From a virus, in IMG/VR virus record IMGVR_UViG_3300028394_000066, positions 1 through 64,000 of that record: a stretch of 64,000 nucleotides of DNA. The stretch is one strand, 5' to 3'. Within the stretch, counting starts at the first letter, position 1, and the number at the start of each line of letters is the position of its first letter. This document shows positions 48,018 through 58,061 of the stretch, piece by piece. Made by a program: the position numbers and the translations under genes. The notes under the pieces are model-generated. The model ran no database searches. It saw only the letters and a list, made by a program, of their open reading frames with translations, and was not told where the DNA came from.

Positions 48018-50265
48018 GTATAGCCAGTCCGTTTATAACACTGCCCTTTATGGAATCAAGGCAGTGCTGCCATTTAGCGCAGAACCAATGACTGCAATTG
48101 CGCTGTTGTACAGTGCTGTTACTTTGGAGTTTGCGTCTCCTTCTGGCAGTTACATTGAATTTAGAATTGTTAGAAGCCAAGAAGGTTACCCGCAATCTCA
48201 AGAAGACGGGGCTGTTATTTATCAGTCTCAGGGGATTCCTGGACAAACTAGAATCTTTGATGGAAAATACTCAGACAAAGGCTCCGTAACCTCGTACGCC
48301 AATCTTCCCACTACGGCGTCTGTTAACGACCAGTACACGGTTAAATCTTTGGGGGCTGTTACTGGCACTTCTTATGTTTGGAATGGATACGAGTGGCGCA
48401 ATTTGTCACCCCTTGTGTCTGGTAAGTTTGTTTATTACCGTGCGTGGATTCGAGCGTCGGCCACGTCTAGCTGGGTTAGGGCGGGTACTACGTTTACTTT
48501 AATTCCACAAATTGACTCGTTGTCTGTAGGGCGCGACACCGTGTACACAGCCAGCACTACTCCTACACAAGATAAACTTGTTTACGCTCTTAACGGCGGA
48601 GAGTCGTTGCTCTCAACTACACACGAACGATTTATGGCGACAATTCCGTCAGTGTTTGTTTCCGCAACTAACGGCTCGTTTGACCTCCCTAATGACGTGT
48701 ACGACCCTTCCGTCGATAAAAGTGGTATCCGAGAGAACTCTCTCATCTCCACATTTCTTTCAGCTTTTTCGTACACAATTGATGAGTTTATAACTTGGGC
48801 AAGAGGCGTCTACCCCGACAATCAAAATCACCGAGCTGGTGAGGCCGCCCTTATTTTTAAGACCCATGAGTTGGGCATGAAACCCGACTACGAGGGTGTG
48901 ACCACTACGCAAAAAAAGCTTCTCAGTAATGCGGTTGAAATTTACCGAAGTAAAGGAACTAAGGGGGGCCTAGGTCTTTTTGTTAAAAGTGTTACGGGGT
49001 ATGCCGCAGAAGTTTCGGAAACAAGAAATCTCCTTTTGTCTCACGAAGATAGCACTTTTGATATCCCTGGTTGGACTTCTGGGTCTGTGGGCAACTGGTT
49101 TTCTCTTTCTGGCACGCCCACTCTTACCGTAAGCAATTCCCAGGCGACCGCTGCGGGTGTCACTGATTCTTTAGATGCCAACTTTTCTTTAAAAGTAACG
49201 ACTGGGGGCACGGGTAAGTATATTTCCCTGGGAACAACGAGCCCAATTACAAACGGAATTCCAGTAACTGCGCTGAGTTATTACTCTCTTTCTTTTTATG
49301 CTCAAAACTCTGCTAGTTCAAACGTTACTGCGGAAATTAGATGGTACGACCGAGCGGGTGTTCTTCTTTCCACAACGGCTGGTACCGCTACTGCAACCGC
49401 AGCAACGTTCACAAGAATAAGTCTTATAAATAAGCAAGCCCCAACTGGCGCTGTTTACGCGGCCATTGCGATTAAGTTTGCAACTAGCGCGGACTACTAC
49501 ATTGATATGGTTCAGTTTGAAAAATCTGCAACTGTAACTGCGTATCAAGAGCCCCGTGGGGCGGTTGTTACTCTAAGTCCCACAAAGACAAACTTGATTG
49601 TTAATCCTTCTTTTGAGGTTAACGCAACTGGTTGGTCTGGAACAAACGCAACACTTGCTGGCTTTCTTACTACTGTTGCAGCTCACTGCGGAGAGAAGCA
49701 CGGGTCTATTACCGCGTCATCAACGGCTGTGGTAACTTGTCAAACAACAGACTACATTACGGTAACTGCTGGAAAAAAGTACAGCGCATCCGCATACTTA
49801 AAGGACAAAGATTCTTCTAAATCTTACGTTGCTGGAATTATTTTTTACAACAGCTCAAGTGCAGCCATCGGCAGCGGAGAGTTTGTCGGTTCGGCAACTC
49901 CTCTTTCTACTTCTGCTTGGACTAGAGTTTTTGTAAGTGGTCTTGCTCCCGCTACTGCAGTAAAAGCTAAGGTGTACATAAAGTCCACAACAGCGGTTAC
50001 CTCTACAAAAGCCGTGTATATTGACGCCGTGCAATTTGAGCAGAGTGAAACTCCAACCGACTACTTTGATGGCTCTTTAGAAGTAAGTGGAGCTAATTGG
50101 GCTGGTACCGCAAATAATTCCGTATCTTATTACTACCTTGCCTTATCAAATAGAGTCAGTAGACTTCAAGAAGAGATTACAGAATACATTGGTTTGAATA
50201 CTCCTTATTACATAAAATTTTCTGGAAATCCAGCTATTACAGGCTCGCTTTCTGGCATAGCGTAG
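48010..50265 (+). CDS. baseplate/tail protein (P2 gpI-like) with carbohydrate-binding-module-like repeats
   Basis: IYRSKGTKGG; NLIVNPSFE; YIDAVQFE; YFDG. Confidence 0.78.
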   Translation: MPKYSQSVYNTALYGIKAVLPFSAEPMTAIALLYSAVTLEFASPSGSYIEFRIVRSQEGYPQSQEDGAVIYQSQGIPGQTRIFDGKYSDKGSVTSYANLPTTASVNDQYTVKSLGAVTGTSYVWNGYEWRNLSPLVSGKFVYYRAWIRASATSSWVRAGTTFTLIPQIDSLSVGRDTVYTASTTPTQDKLVYALNGGESLLSTTHERFMATIPSVFVSATNGSFDLPNDVYDPSVDKSGIRENSLISTFLSAFSYTIDEFITWARGVYPDNQNHRAGEAALIFKTHELGMKPDYEGVTTTQKKLLSNAVEIYRSKGTKGGLGLFVKSVTGYAAEVSETRNLLLSHEDSTFDIPGWTSGSVGNWFSLSGTPTLTVSNSQATAAGVTDSLDANFSLKVTTGGTGKYISLGTTSPITNGIPVTALSYYSLSFYAQNSASSNVTAEIRWYDRAGVLLSTTAGTATATAATFTRISLINKQAPTGAVYAAIAIKFATSADYYIDMVQFEKSATVTAYQEPRGAVVTLSPTKTNLIVNPSFEVNATGWSGTNATLAGFLTTVAAHCGEKHGSITASSTAVVTCQTTDYITVTAGKKYSASAYLKDKDSSKSYVAGIIFYNSSSAAIGSGEFVGSATPLSTSAWTRVFVSGLAPATAVKAKVYIKSTTAVTSTKAVYIDAVQFEQSETPTDYFDGSLEVSGANWAGTANNSVSYYYLALSNRVSRLQEEITEYIGLNTPYYIKFSGNPAITGSLSGIA

Positions 50266-50279
50266 TGTAGGCTGTCCGT

Positions 50280-50537
50280 ATGGACACATTAATTTGGATT
50301 ATTATTTCGGGAATGGCAGTGGCCTTCTCAACAGAACTACTTATTCGTATTCTTCAATGGTGGGTTGAACCTCGAAACGTTCGCGTGTGGGGAACAGTGC
50401 CCCTCTCTCTTGGTGCATGCTATTTAGTTGGCATCCCCTTCCCAAGTATCGTCGTAGCCACATTGGCGGTCGGGTTTTTTTCGACCACCCTATTGCTAAT
50501 TATCGACCGTGCCTCTATAGTTAGTATTCGTCGTTAA
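50280..50537 (+). CDS. small membrane protein
   Basis: hydrophobic helices; TAGGCT just upstream (leaderless). Confidence 0.7.
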   Translation: MDTLIWIIISGMAVAFSTELLIRILQWWVEPRNVRVWGTVPLSLGACYLVGIPFPSIVVATLAVGFFSTTLLLIIDRASIVSIRR

Positions 50538-50559
50538 ATTAACTTAGAGAGGGCATCGC

Positions 50560-51441
50560 TTGGAGGGCTTGTTAGCACGTGAGGTGACTCTGCTTTCTGT
50601 TTTGTCAGAGAATGTAGACCGCTGGGGTGATATCAAATTGACTATGGTCGAGTTGGTCGGAATGACTGGTTCGAGCCGTACGACTCTGTGGCGTGCCCTC
50701 ACAAAGCTGAACGAGATGGGTCTTGTCCAGACGACTCGAACAAAACGTAATCTTGGTAAGTTGTACAAGAACCGTTACCGACTTGGTGAAACATCAACAG
50801 CTGGCCAAGGTGGCTATGATGACATATCTACTACAGGTACAGTAACTACAGAAGTAAAGAATACTTCGTATTCTTTGGGGGCCGAGGGCCCCGCGAAAGG
50901 AAAAACAATGGTGAACAAATGGAGTGACGATGACGAGGGCATTGCGGGCTTTGGTTTGCTTGAAGAAAAAACCGTCGAGCCAGTAAATGTAAAGAGGAAT
51001 GACCCGAAGACCCGCTATCTGCGGCCTCAGAATGAGTGGACGGCATGGGATGTAGCCTCGGAATTTGCGGTGCGAGCGTATGACGTTGTGCGTGGAACAC
51101 CTGGGATTGTGAATACGAAAGCGTTGGCGGGGGCTTTGCGAGCCAATCGGACTAAGTTTGGAATTACCGCCGAGCAAGAGGTGACTCTGCTGGATAAGTT
51201 CTTTGCGGACACTCGGAACCATGTGAAGATGCGGAAATTCCCCAAGGGCACTCACGGTATGTACTTGAACTTCATCACCAGCAACATATCGGACGTCTCC
51301 AACTTGGTGACTGTTGAGGACGCTCTTGCGTTGGTCGAATCTTTGGAGTATGTTATTGCTTCTGATGGTCGTAAGTTTGACAACTCAATGCCAGGCCGTT
51401 CGGCTTTGGCTCGTTACGAAGAAAAATTGAAGGGGGCATAA
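50560..51441 (+). CDS. winged-HTH protein, probable replication initiator
   Basis: LVGMTGSSRTTLWRALTKLNEMGLV; upstream of DnaC-like gene. Confidence 0.7.
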   Translation: MEGLLAREVTLLSVLSENVDRWGDIKLTMVELVGMTGSSRTTLWRALTKLNEMGLVQTTRTKRNLGKLYKNRYRLGETSTAGQGGYDDISTTGTVTTEVKNTSYSLGAEGPAKGKTMVNKWSDDDEGIAGFGLLEEKTVEPVNVKRNDPKTRYLRPQNEWTAWDVASEFAVRAYDVVRGTPGIVNTKALAGALRANRTKFGITAEQEVTLLDKFFADTRNHVKMRKFPKGTHGMYLNFITSNISDVSNLVTVEDALALVESLEYVIASDGRKFDNSMPGRSALARYEEKLKGA

Positions 51442-51620
51442 TGCTTTACGAATTAGGATTTACGGAAAATATGCGCGACAAGATTAACGATGAGCAAGTT
51501 CGCAAGGAAGAGCGCGAGCGTATTATCAAAGCGATTGAAGATGCACCACCAGCAATGGACTTCTTTGGCCCATACATCGCCAAGGATAAACTGATTGCTC
51601 TTATTAAGGGAGAAAACTAA
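51441..51620 (+). CDS. 59-aa protein (ERERII...LIALIKGEN)
   Basis: translated by hand; TAATG coupling on both sides. Confidence 0.75.
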   Translation: MLYELGFTENMRDKINDEQVRKEERERIIKAIEDAPPAMDFFGPYIAKDKLIALIKGEN

Positions 51621-51814
51621 TGGACTCTTGGAAAGAAGAAATGGAAAAAGAGTTTCAAGTAATACAAGGGCTTGTTGTAGAAGCTGGAGCACAGGGAGCC
51701 AAGCGTGAGAGGGAGCGCATTCTCGCGATACTTGCACGCCTACACGACTCTGAGTACGAAGAAATAATGACACACGATGACTTAATAGAACTTATCCAGG
51801 AAGAAAACTCATGA
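51620..51814 (+). CDS. 64-aa paralog (ERERIL...LIELIQEEN)
   Basis: ORF track; coupled. Confidence 0.75.
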   Translation: MDSWKEEMEKEFQVIQGLVVEAGAQGAKRERERILAILARLHDSEYEEIMTHDDLIELIQEENS

Positions 51815-52533
51815 CGTATGACATTGCGGAACTATCTCCAATGAAGCGACACTGGCTTCTTCGCGGCTCTAACATTCCACGAAGGTTCCTTGGAATTGAA
51901 CCCGAAGATTTGATTAAGCGCACAGGCGGATTCCCGTACGAGATTACGGACTGGCTTGAGCAGGTATTAGAGGGAAAGATTATCAAAGAAATTGGCGGGC
52001 TCTCAGTAACGGGAACTGGCCTCTTGTTTGATGGTTCCCCTGGACTGGGCAAGACTACGCATGCGGTTACGGCATTGATGGAATTTGTACGCCATCTCCC
52101 AGAAGAGTCCGACAAGGCACGTGAGATTCTTGCAATAACAGCGGAAGATTACGGCCTTTATTCTCGTCCCGTTTACTACATGACTTTTCCCGAGTTCTTG
52201 TCACGCAAGAAAGCCATGTTTGATGCCGACCCCGACACAAAGAAAGAGATGTTTCATGAGATGGAGGGCTTTCATGGTCGTGCCAAAGAGGACCACCTAA
52301 ACGTCCGTCTTCTTGTCTTAGATGACTTGGGAAAAGAGTACGGTTCAAAGTATGATGACACATCATTTGACGAAATTTTGCGCGCAAGGTATGATAAAGC
52401 TCTACCTACTATTATTACAACAAACGTAGAGCGCGAAAAGTGGTCTGCCCAGTATGGTGAAGCTATGGGGAGTTTCGCCCACGAAGCCTTCACTCGAGTG
52501 CGTATCCTGGGAGAGGACAAGCGTAAAAAATGA
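51811..52533 (+). CDS. DnaC/IstB-like ATPase (helicase loader)
   Basis: GSPGLGKT; LLVLDDLGKE; PTIITTN. Confidence 0.9.
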   Translation: MTYDIAELSPMKRHWLLRGSNIPRRFLGIEPEDLIKRTGGFPYEITDWLEQVLEGKIIKEIGGLSVTGTGLLFDGSPGLGKTTHAVTALMEFVRHLPEESDKAREILAITAEDYGLYSRPVYYMTFPEFLSRKKAMFDADPDTKKEMFHEMEGFHGRAKEDHLNVRLLVLDDLGKEYGSKYDDTSFDEILRARYDKALPTIITTNVEREKWSAQYGEAMGSFAHEAFTRVRILGEDKRKK

Positions 52534-52838
52534 AAGAAGTCAATATGCACATTTCGTGGAGAACAGTTCAAATGTTCTTGGATGATGCTGGTGTTTTTGA
52601 GGTTGAAATTGACCAAGACAATAAGTCTAAAATTCGTTGTAGCTGCCCAGCGTTTTTTAAGTCCGCTAAATGCAAACACGTTAAGTATGTCCGTGACCAG
52701 ATGTCTACTAATCAAGGGCACTACTCTATTCAGATTCCCCTTGACATTGACGAAACTGAAGCAATCGCGGCAATTGACGACCCCGACCAGTTTCGTAGTT
52801 TTGTAATCAAGTATGGTAAGGTCGAAGTAATTGATTAA
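52530..52838 (+). CDS. SWIM zinc-finger protein
   Basis: CSCPAF...CKHV. Confidence 0.85.
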   Translation: MKEVNMHISWRTVQMFLDDAGVFEVEIDQDNKSKIRCSCPAFFKSAKCKHVKYVRDQMSTNQGHYSIQIPLDIDETEAIAAIDDPDQFRSFVIKYGKVEVID

Positions 52839-53244
52839 AGGCGATATCTCAAATGAAACCCCGCCCCGCATCATAGTTTTGATGGATGTAGTGGCCGAGG
52901 TTACTTTTGAGGAATCGCGCAAAGGTCTTCGCAAGATTATAATTCCAAAGGTCAAGTGGAAGAATGAAAACCTCAACCACCTTTGGAACATTAGCTACAA
53001 GTTTGGTTTAGCCATTGAATTAGCAGGCATTGCAGACGAGGGCTGGACAGAAGACTTACTTTACAATATGATGAACAAGCTTGACAATCGTGGGGGTAAT
53101 CCGTTTAACTACTCCTGGGTGTATGATGACTTTCAAGAACTGATTGATGAACTTCCATACAAAGCAAACTTTAAAGGCATCATTGCCAACCCTGGGACCG
53201 TAGCTCGTTTTGGTTCATGGGGCATAGAGATTCAAAACATCTAA
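52831..53244 (+). CDS. hypothetical protein
   Basis: ORF track; overlaps upstream gene end. Confidence 0.7.
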   Translation: MIKGDISNETPPRIIVLMDVVAEVTFEESRKGLRKIIIPKVKWKNENLNHLWNISYKFGLAIELAGIADEGWTEDLLYNMMNKLDNRGGNPFNYSWVYDDFQELIDELPYKANFKGIIANPGTVARFGSWGIEIQNI

Positions 53245-53262
53245 CAAACGCTGGAGGGCAAA

Positions 53263-54522
53263 ATGGCGGCAGACAACGAATACCGCTTACTGAGTAAGGT
53301 CATTCTTGACCGCAACATTATTCCCGTAATTGAAAACGGGATTAAAGACGACTGGTTTGTAGACGACGACTTACGTCGTGTGTACAAGTTTGTGCGTGAG
53401 CACTACGCTTCATACCGCGAAGTCCCCACAGCGATAGCAGTTAACGATAATTTTCCTAATTTCAAGACACTCAAGGTTGAGGATACTCTCGAGTACTTGA
53501 TTGACAAGATGGTAGAGTTTCGTCGCCGTACCTTGACTCGCAACGGTGTTGCTGACGTAGTGGAATCGCTGAACAACAACGACCACGAAGCCGCGCTACT
53601 TGAAATGAGCAAGGCAATAAGCCTTGTTAATGAACAGGGCATAATTGGTACCACACACATTGACCTCACTAAGAATCCCGACCAGTTCTGGGAAGACTAC
53701 GAGAACGTACAGAACCACAAACTTCTTGGGGTTGCCACAGGATTTGAAAAGATTGATGAGGCAACCGCAGGTCTCCAGGGCGGACAGTTAATTACTATTA
53801 TTGCTCCACCTAAGACGGGTAAGTCCCAGATTGCTTTGCGAATGGCCACCAACGTCCACGAAATTGGACTTGTTCCTATGTTCCAGTCTTTTGAAATGAA
53901 CAACCATGAGCAGGCCATGCGACACAACGCTATGCGTGCGCAACTCTCTAGCAAGCGCCTCCGCATGGGAACCCTTGAGACTGCAGAAGAAGACCGTATG
54001 CTTAAGATGCTTGACCACATGAAGACCGCAAAGCCGTTTCATCTTGTAGACGCGGTTAACGGTCTTACGGTAGACGCACTTGTAGCAAAAGCGGAACAGC
54101 TTAACCCCGACATTATCTTTGTTGACGGTGTTTATCTTATGCTTGATTCCGTTACTGGAGAGGCTAACACGCCACAGGCCCTTACAAACATCACTCGCGC
54201 ACTTAAACGTGTTGCGCAAAAGCTTGACATACCAGTAGTAATCACAACCCAAACTCTTCTGTGGAAGATGAAGGGCGGTAAGGTATCCGCAGACTCGATT
54301 GGCTATTCCTCCTCTTTCTTCCAAGACTCAGACGTAATCCTTGGACTCGACCCAATTGATGGGGACGAACGTCACCGTAACCTGCGCGTTGTTCAGTCGC
54401 GTAACAGCGGTCCTGAAAATAACTCTATTACCTGGAACTGGGATACTGGATGTTTTCACGACGAGATTAAAGAAAACTCGTGCAAATACTGCACGCCGTT
54501 TGCAGGAAGCATGAAGATATGA
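53263..54522 (+). CDS. dnaB: DnaB-like replicative helicase
   Basis: GVATGF..ID...GLQGGQL, APPKTGKS, SFEM, FVDGVYL, QDSD. Confidence 0.92.
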   Translation: MAADNEYRLLSKVILDRNIIPVIENGIKDDWFVDDDLRRVYKFVREHYASYREVPTAIAVNDNFPNFKTLKVEDTLEYLIDKMVEFRRRTLTRNGVADVVESLNNNDHEAALLEMSKAISLVNEQGIIGTTHIDLTKNPDQFWEDYENVQNHKLLGVATGFEKIDEATAGLQGGQLITIIAPPKTGKSQIALRMATNVHEIGLVPMFQSFEMNNHEQAMRHNAMRAQLSSKRLRMGTLETAEEDRMLKMLDHMKTAKPFHLVDAVNGLTVDALVAKAEQLNPDIIFVDGVYLMLDSVTGEANTPQALTNITRALKRVAQKLDIPVVITTQTLLWKMKGGKVSADSIGYSSSFFQDSDVILGLDPIDGDERHRNLRVVQSRNSGPENNSITWNWDTGCFHDEIKENSCKYCTPFAGSMKI

Positions 54523-55496
54523 TGCTAGATGTTCCTTTGGCGCTAGAGGCGCTAGGGATGGAGTATGACGAGCGTGGGCACGAGGCAAACGCCCTCTGCC
54601 CTGCACACCTCGCCCGTACTGGCAAGAACGACAACTCTCCTTCGTGGTGGATAAACCTCGAAACAGGGCAACACATCTGTTTCTCCTGTGGGTACAAAGG
54701 CAACCTGGCACAACTTGTCTGCGATGTAAACGAGTTCTACCTCAAGACCTGGGACAACAAGTACGCGTACGATTACGACACGGCGCGGACCTGGTTGGCC
54801 GAGGTGTCCGCAATTCCCGTGGAGCGTTTGCTAGAGATGATGAAGGCTCTACCTAACCGCATCGAGCCTATTCCCAAGCCTTTAGAAATGTCAGAAGCCC
54901 GCCTTGCCGTATTTGAGTCGCCCCCCGCAGAGGCGTTAGCTTCACGGAACATTACTGCTGAGGCTGCGGATAAGTACGGCGTATTGTGGGATACTAAAAA
55001 AGCTACATGGATTCTTCCTCTGCGTGAACCTCACTTTAACCGCTTGATTGGTTGGCAAGAAAAAGGTACACTTAATCGCACGTTCTTTAATCGCCCCGCT
55101 GGACTTCAGCGGGCTAAAACACTGTTTGGAGCTGATGTACAAAATGGAGATATTGCTGTTCTTGTTGAGTCTCCTCTTGATTGTTTGCGCGTTTATAGCG
55201 CTGGACAAGTTGGAGCGATGGCTAGTTGTGGTACAACTATCTCAGAAGACCAAGTCCGCCTCTTACGTCGGTCCGACCGAATCGTCTGCGCCTTCGACAA
55301 CCCAAAATTAGACTCTGCTGGTAAAAAGGCATCCGCAGAGATGGTAAGACTGGGCCGTAAATACGGACTAAACTTGTTCTTTTTCAACTATGGTGATACT
55401 GGGAAGAAAGACCCAGGAGACCTCACCAATGAAGAGATTGTGTGGGGAATTCAAAACGCACAATCCGCAGTACTTGGTGAAATGGCTTATGTTTAA
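54519..55496 (+). CDS. DNA primase (Zn finger + TOPRIM)
   Basis: CPAH...CFSCG; VESPLD; FDN; DPGD. Confidence 0.9.
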   Translation: MMLDVPLALEALGMEYDERGHEANALCPAHLARTGKNDNSPSWWINLETGQHICFSCGYKGNLAQLVCDVNEFYLKTWDNKYAYDYDTARTWLAEVSAIPVERLLEMMKALPNRIEPIPKPLEMSEARLAVFESPPAEALASRNITAEAADKYGVLWDTKKATWILPLREPHFNRLIGWQEKGTLNRTFFNRPAGLQRAKTLFGADVQNGDIAVLVESPLDCLRVYSAGQVGAMASCGTTISEDQVRLLRRSDRIVCAFDNPKLDSAGKKASAEMVRLGRKYGLNLFFFNYGDTGKKDPGDLTNEEIVWGIQNAQSAVLGEMAYV

Positions 55497-57060
55497 TGGA
55501 ACTCTGAAACCGTATCAGGTTGAGGCTGTCGATAAGATGGTCGAAAAGAAAAAGATTCTTGTAGCTTATGAGATGGGTCTGGGTAAAACTCCTATGACCA
55601 TTGCCGCAATTGAGCGGCTTAGAAGTAGCGGTGAGATAACAAAGCCTGTACTAGTCCTATGCCTGGCTTCTTTGAAGTATCAGTGGCAAAAAGAGATTAC
55701 AAAATTCAGCGACTCGGACTCAACTGTTATTGACGGAACTCCATCAGTTCGAGCAAAGCAGTACGTAGATGCTCCAAGGCACGAGTACATCATTATGAAC
55801 TACGAACAAGTTCTTAGAGACTGGGAGACAGTTAAGCTGATTGAGTTTAGTGCCGTAATATGCGACGAAGCAACGGCCATCAAAGGATTCAGAGCAAAAA
55901 GAGCTAAGAAGGTAAAGGAGCTCTCAAAGAATATCCCGATTAGATTTGCTCTTACAGGAACTCCCATAGAAAACGGACGTCCAGAAGAAATCTTTTCAAT
56001 CATGCAGTTTGTGGATAACAAAGTTCTAGGTAGATTTGACATCTTTGACAAGACGTTTATTGTCCGCAATCATTTCGGCGGGGTTCAGCGGTACCGCAAT
56101 CTTCCTACATTAAACAAGACTTTAATGGAGAGCACAGTTCGTAAGGCCCAAAAAGACGAGGACGTTAGCCCGTATCTTCCCGACGCAATTTATCGCGAGC
56201 CAATTGTAGTTAAATTAGATAAAGGAAGCCAGCTCGTGTACAACACAATGGCAGAGCACCTAGTGGCCTTCCTAAACGAAGCAAAAGAGATGTTTGGAAC
56301 ATCCTTTAGCGTCGCCGCGCACTACGGACAGTCCTACCAGCCCGATGACCCCGCAACACAGATGCGCGGAGAAATTATGTCTCGTATTTCTGCAATGAGA
56401 ATGCTGTGCTCAAGCCCCAACGTAGTTAAGGCAAGTTACAACAGATACGAGGATAGCCGAGGCACCGAAGGTAGCGCGTATATTCACGCCCTAGATGACC
56501 TCCTTAACGGAATCAGCAAAACACCTAAGATGGACGTTGCCATCTCGTATCTATCAGAACACCTAGACATTGACGAGAGCTACAAGGCCGTTGTGTTTGC
56601 GTCTTATTTGGATTCCGTGTCGGAGCTTGTTGATAGACTTAATGAGAAGGGATACGGAGCTGTTTCCTACACTGGAGAAATGAACGCAGTTAAGAAAGAA
56701 GCCGCAAAGGTTAAATTTCAAACCATGCCTAACGTCAGAGTGTTGGTAAGCAGTGACGCTGGAGGATACGGGGTAGATTTACCTCAAGCAAATCTTTTAG
56801 TAAACTATGACCAGCCCTGGAGTTCGGGAATGTTAGTCCAAAGAAACGGGCGAATCAACCGAACATCCAGCGAGTGGACAACTATTACAATTCAAGATAT
56901 ACTTATTAAAGACTCAATCGAAGAGCGCCAGTTCGAAGTATTGAGACAAAAGAAAGATGTAGCATTAGCAATCCTTGACGGAGAGAATATAAACTCCAAA
57001 GGGGGAGTTGACTTAACAGTCGGAAGTCTGTTAGATTTTATTACAACCAAATTAATCTAG
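55489..57060 (+). CDS. SNF2-family helicase
   Basis: LKPYQ, MGLGKT, CDEA, LTGTPIEN, QRNGRINR. Confidence 0.92.
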   Translation: MFNGTLKPYQVEAVDKMVEKKKILVAYEMGLGKTPMTIAAIERLRSSGEITKPVLVLCLASLKYQWQKEITKFSDSDSTVIDGTPSVRAKQYVDAPRHEYIIMNYEQVLRDWETVKLIEFSAVICDEATAIKGFRAKRAKKVKELSKNIPIRFALTGTPIENGRPEEIFSIMQFVDNKVLGRFDIFDKTFIVRNHFGGVQRYRNLPTLNKTLMESTVRKAQKDEDVSPYLPDAIYREPIVVKLDKGSQLVYNTMAEHLVAFLNEAKEMFGTSFSVAAHYGQSYQPDDPATQMRGEIMSRISAMRMLCSSPNVVKASYNRYEDSRGTEGSAYIHALDDLLNGISKTPKMDVAISYLSEHLDIDESYKAVVFASYLDSVSELVDRLNEKGYGAVSYTGEMNAVKKEAAKVKFQTMPNVRVLVSSDAGGYGVDLPQANLLVNYDQPWSSGMLVQRNGRINRTSSEWTTITIQDILIKDSIEERQFEVLRQKKDVALAILDGENINSKGGVDLTVGSLLDFITTKLI

Positions 57061-57069
57061 GAGGGCATT

Positions 57070-57513
57070 GTGGCACGAGTATTTGAAGAAGAAGGCACCC
57101 GCTTCACCGACCCTGAGTCGCTTGAAGCACAAGTCCGTGAATACGGGAAGATTAAAACTTCCATGGAGATTCTCGAGACCCGTTCAAAAGAACTTCGCAC
57201 CAAGTTGTTTGAGTACCTCGACACTGAGGGCGAGGAAGACGACAAGGGCAACGTTCAGCTTGAGCTCCCTGCGTCTATTGACGGAATCACTCGTCTAGAA
57301 AAGCAGCGACGAGTAACCCGTAAGCTTGACGAAATGACCGCAGAAACAATCATTGACCAGACAGGTCTTGCAGAAGAGGTCTACGAAATGAAGCGCGTAA
57401 TCAACGAGGACGCACTCATGGCCGCTTACTACGAAGGTAAGATTACCGAAGAGCAGCTTGACGAGATGTTCCCAACTAGTATCATTTGGGCACTACGTAC
57501 CATCAAGAAGTAG
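57070..57513 (+). CDS. hypothetical coiled-coil protein
   Basis: SD GGAGG, GTG start. Confidence 0.75.
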   Translation: MARVFEEEGTRFTDPESLEAQVREYGKIKTSMEILETRSKELRTKLFEYLDTEGEEDDKGNVQLELPASIDGITRLEKQRRVTRKLDEMTAETIIDQTGLAEEVYEMKRVINEDALMAAYYEGKITEEQLDEMFPTSIIWALRTIKK

Positions 57514-57519
57514 GTTTGA

Positions 57520-57993
57520 ATGGTAGGGATGCGCGGTGACGACGAGATTCTCAAAGCCTTTGAGGGTCTCGACCGCGCGCCTGGTTCAAAACAAAAACGA
57601 CGAGAAACCACTGCAGTAGCAGACAAGCGTCGCAAGAAAATCCTGGGGCAGTCTAACGGCTGGGATGAAAATCCCATAGTTAAAACGCTCAAGGGGGTAG
57701 AGACCGAGGTGTTTACTATCGGAGCCTTTGCGGAGGCTCTAGAAAAACAAATCGTAACTATCCGCTTATGGGAGAAGAAGGGATACATCCCAATTGCTCC
57801 CTACCGTTTGCGCTCAAAGAGCTTAAATGGTAAAAAGGTAAATGGTAATCGTGTGTATACACGAGCACTGATTGAAATCACAATTGAAGAATTCGCAAAT
57901 CGTGGGCTTCTAGGTACTGCCCGCGTGGAGTGGAAACAGCATACAGACTTGACAGAGGTACTTGTGCACCGCTGGAAAGATGCGCTAAACTAA
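57520..57993 (+). CDS. MerR-like HTH DNA-binding protein
   Basis: FTIGAFAEAL...TIRLWEKKGYIP...R.YT. Confidence 0.8.
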   Translation: MVGMRGDDEILKAFEGLDRAPGSKQKRRETTAVADKRRKKILGQSNGWDENPIVKTLKGVETEVFTIGAFAEALEKQIVTIRLWEKKGYIPIAPYRLRSKSLNGKKVNGNRVYTRALIEITIEEFANRGLLGTARVEWKQHTDLTEVLVHRWKDALN

Positions 57994-58061
57994 ATACGTG
58001 GTCGAAAGACCCACTGCCAACAAAGTAGCCGCAAGGCTCATAACCGAAAGATAAAAAGCCC

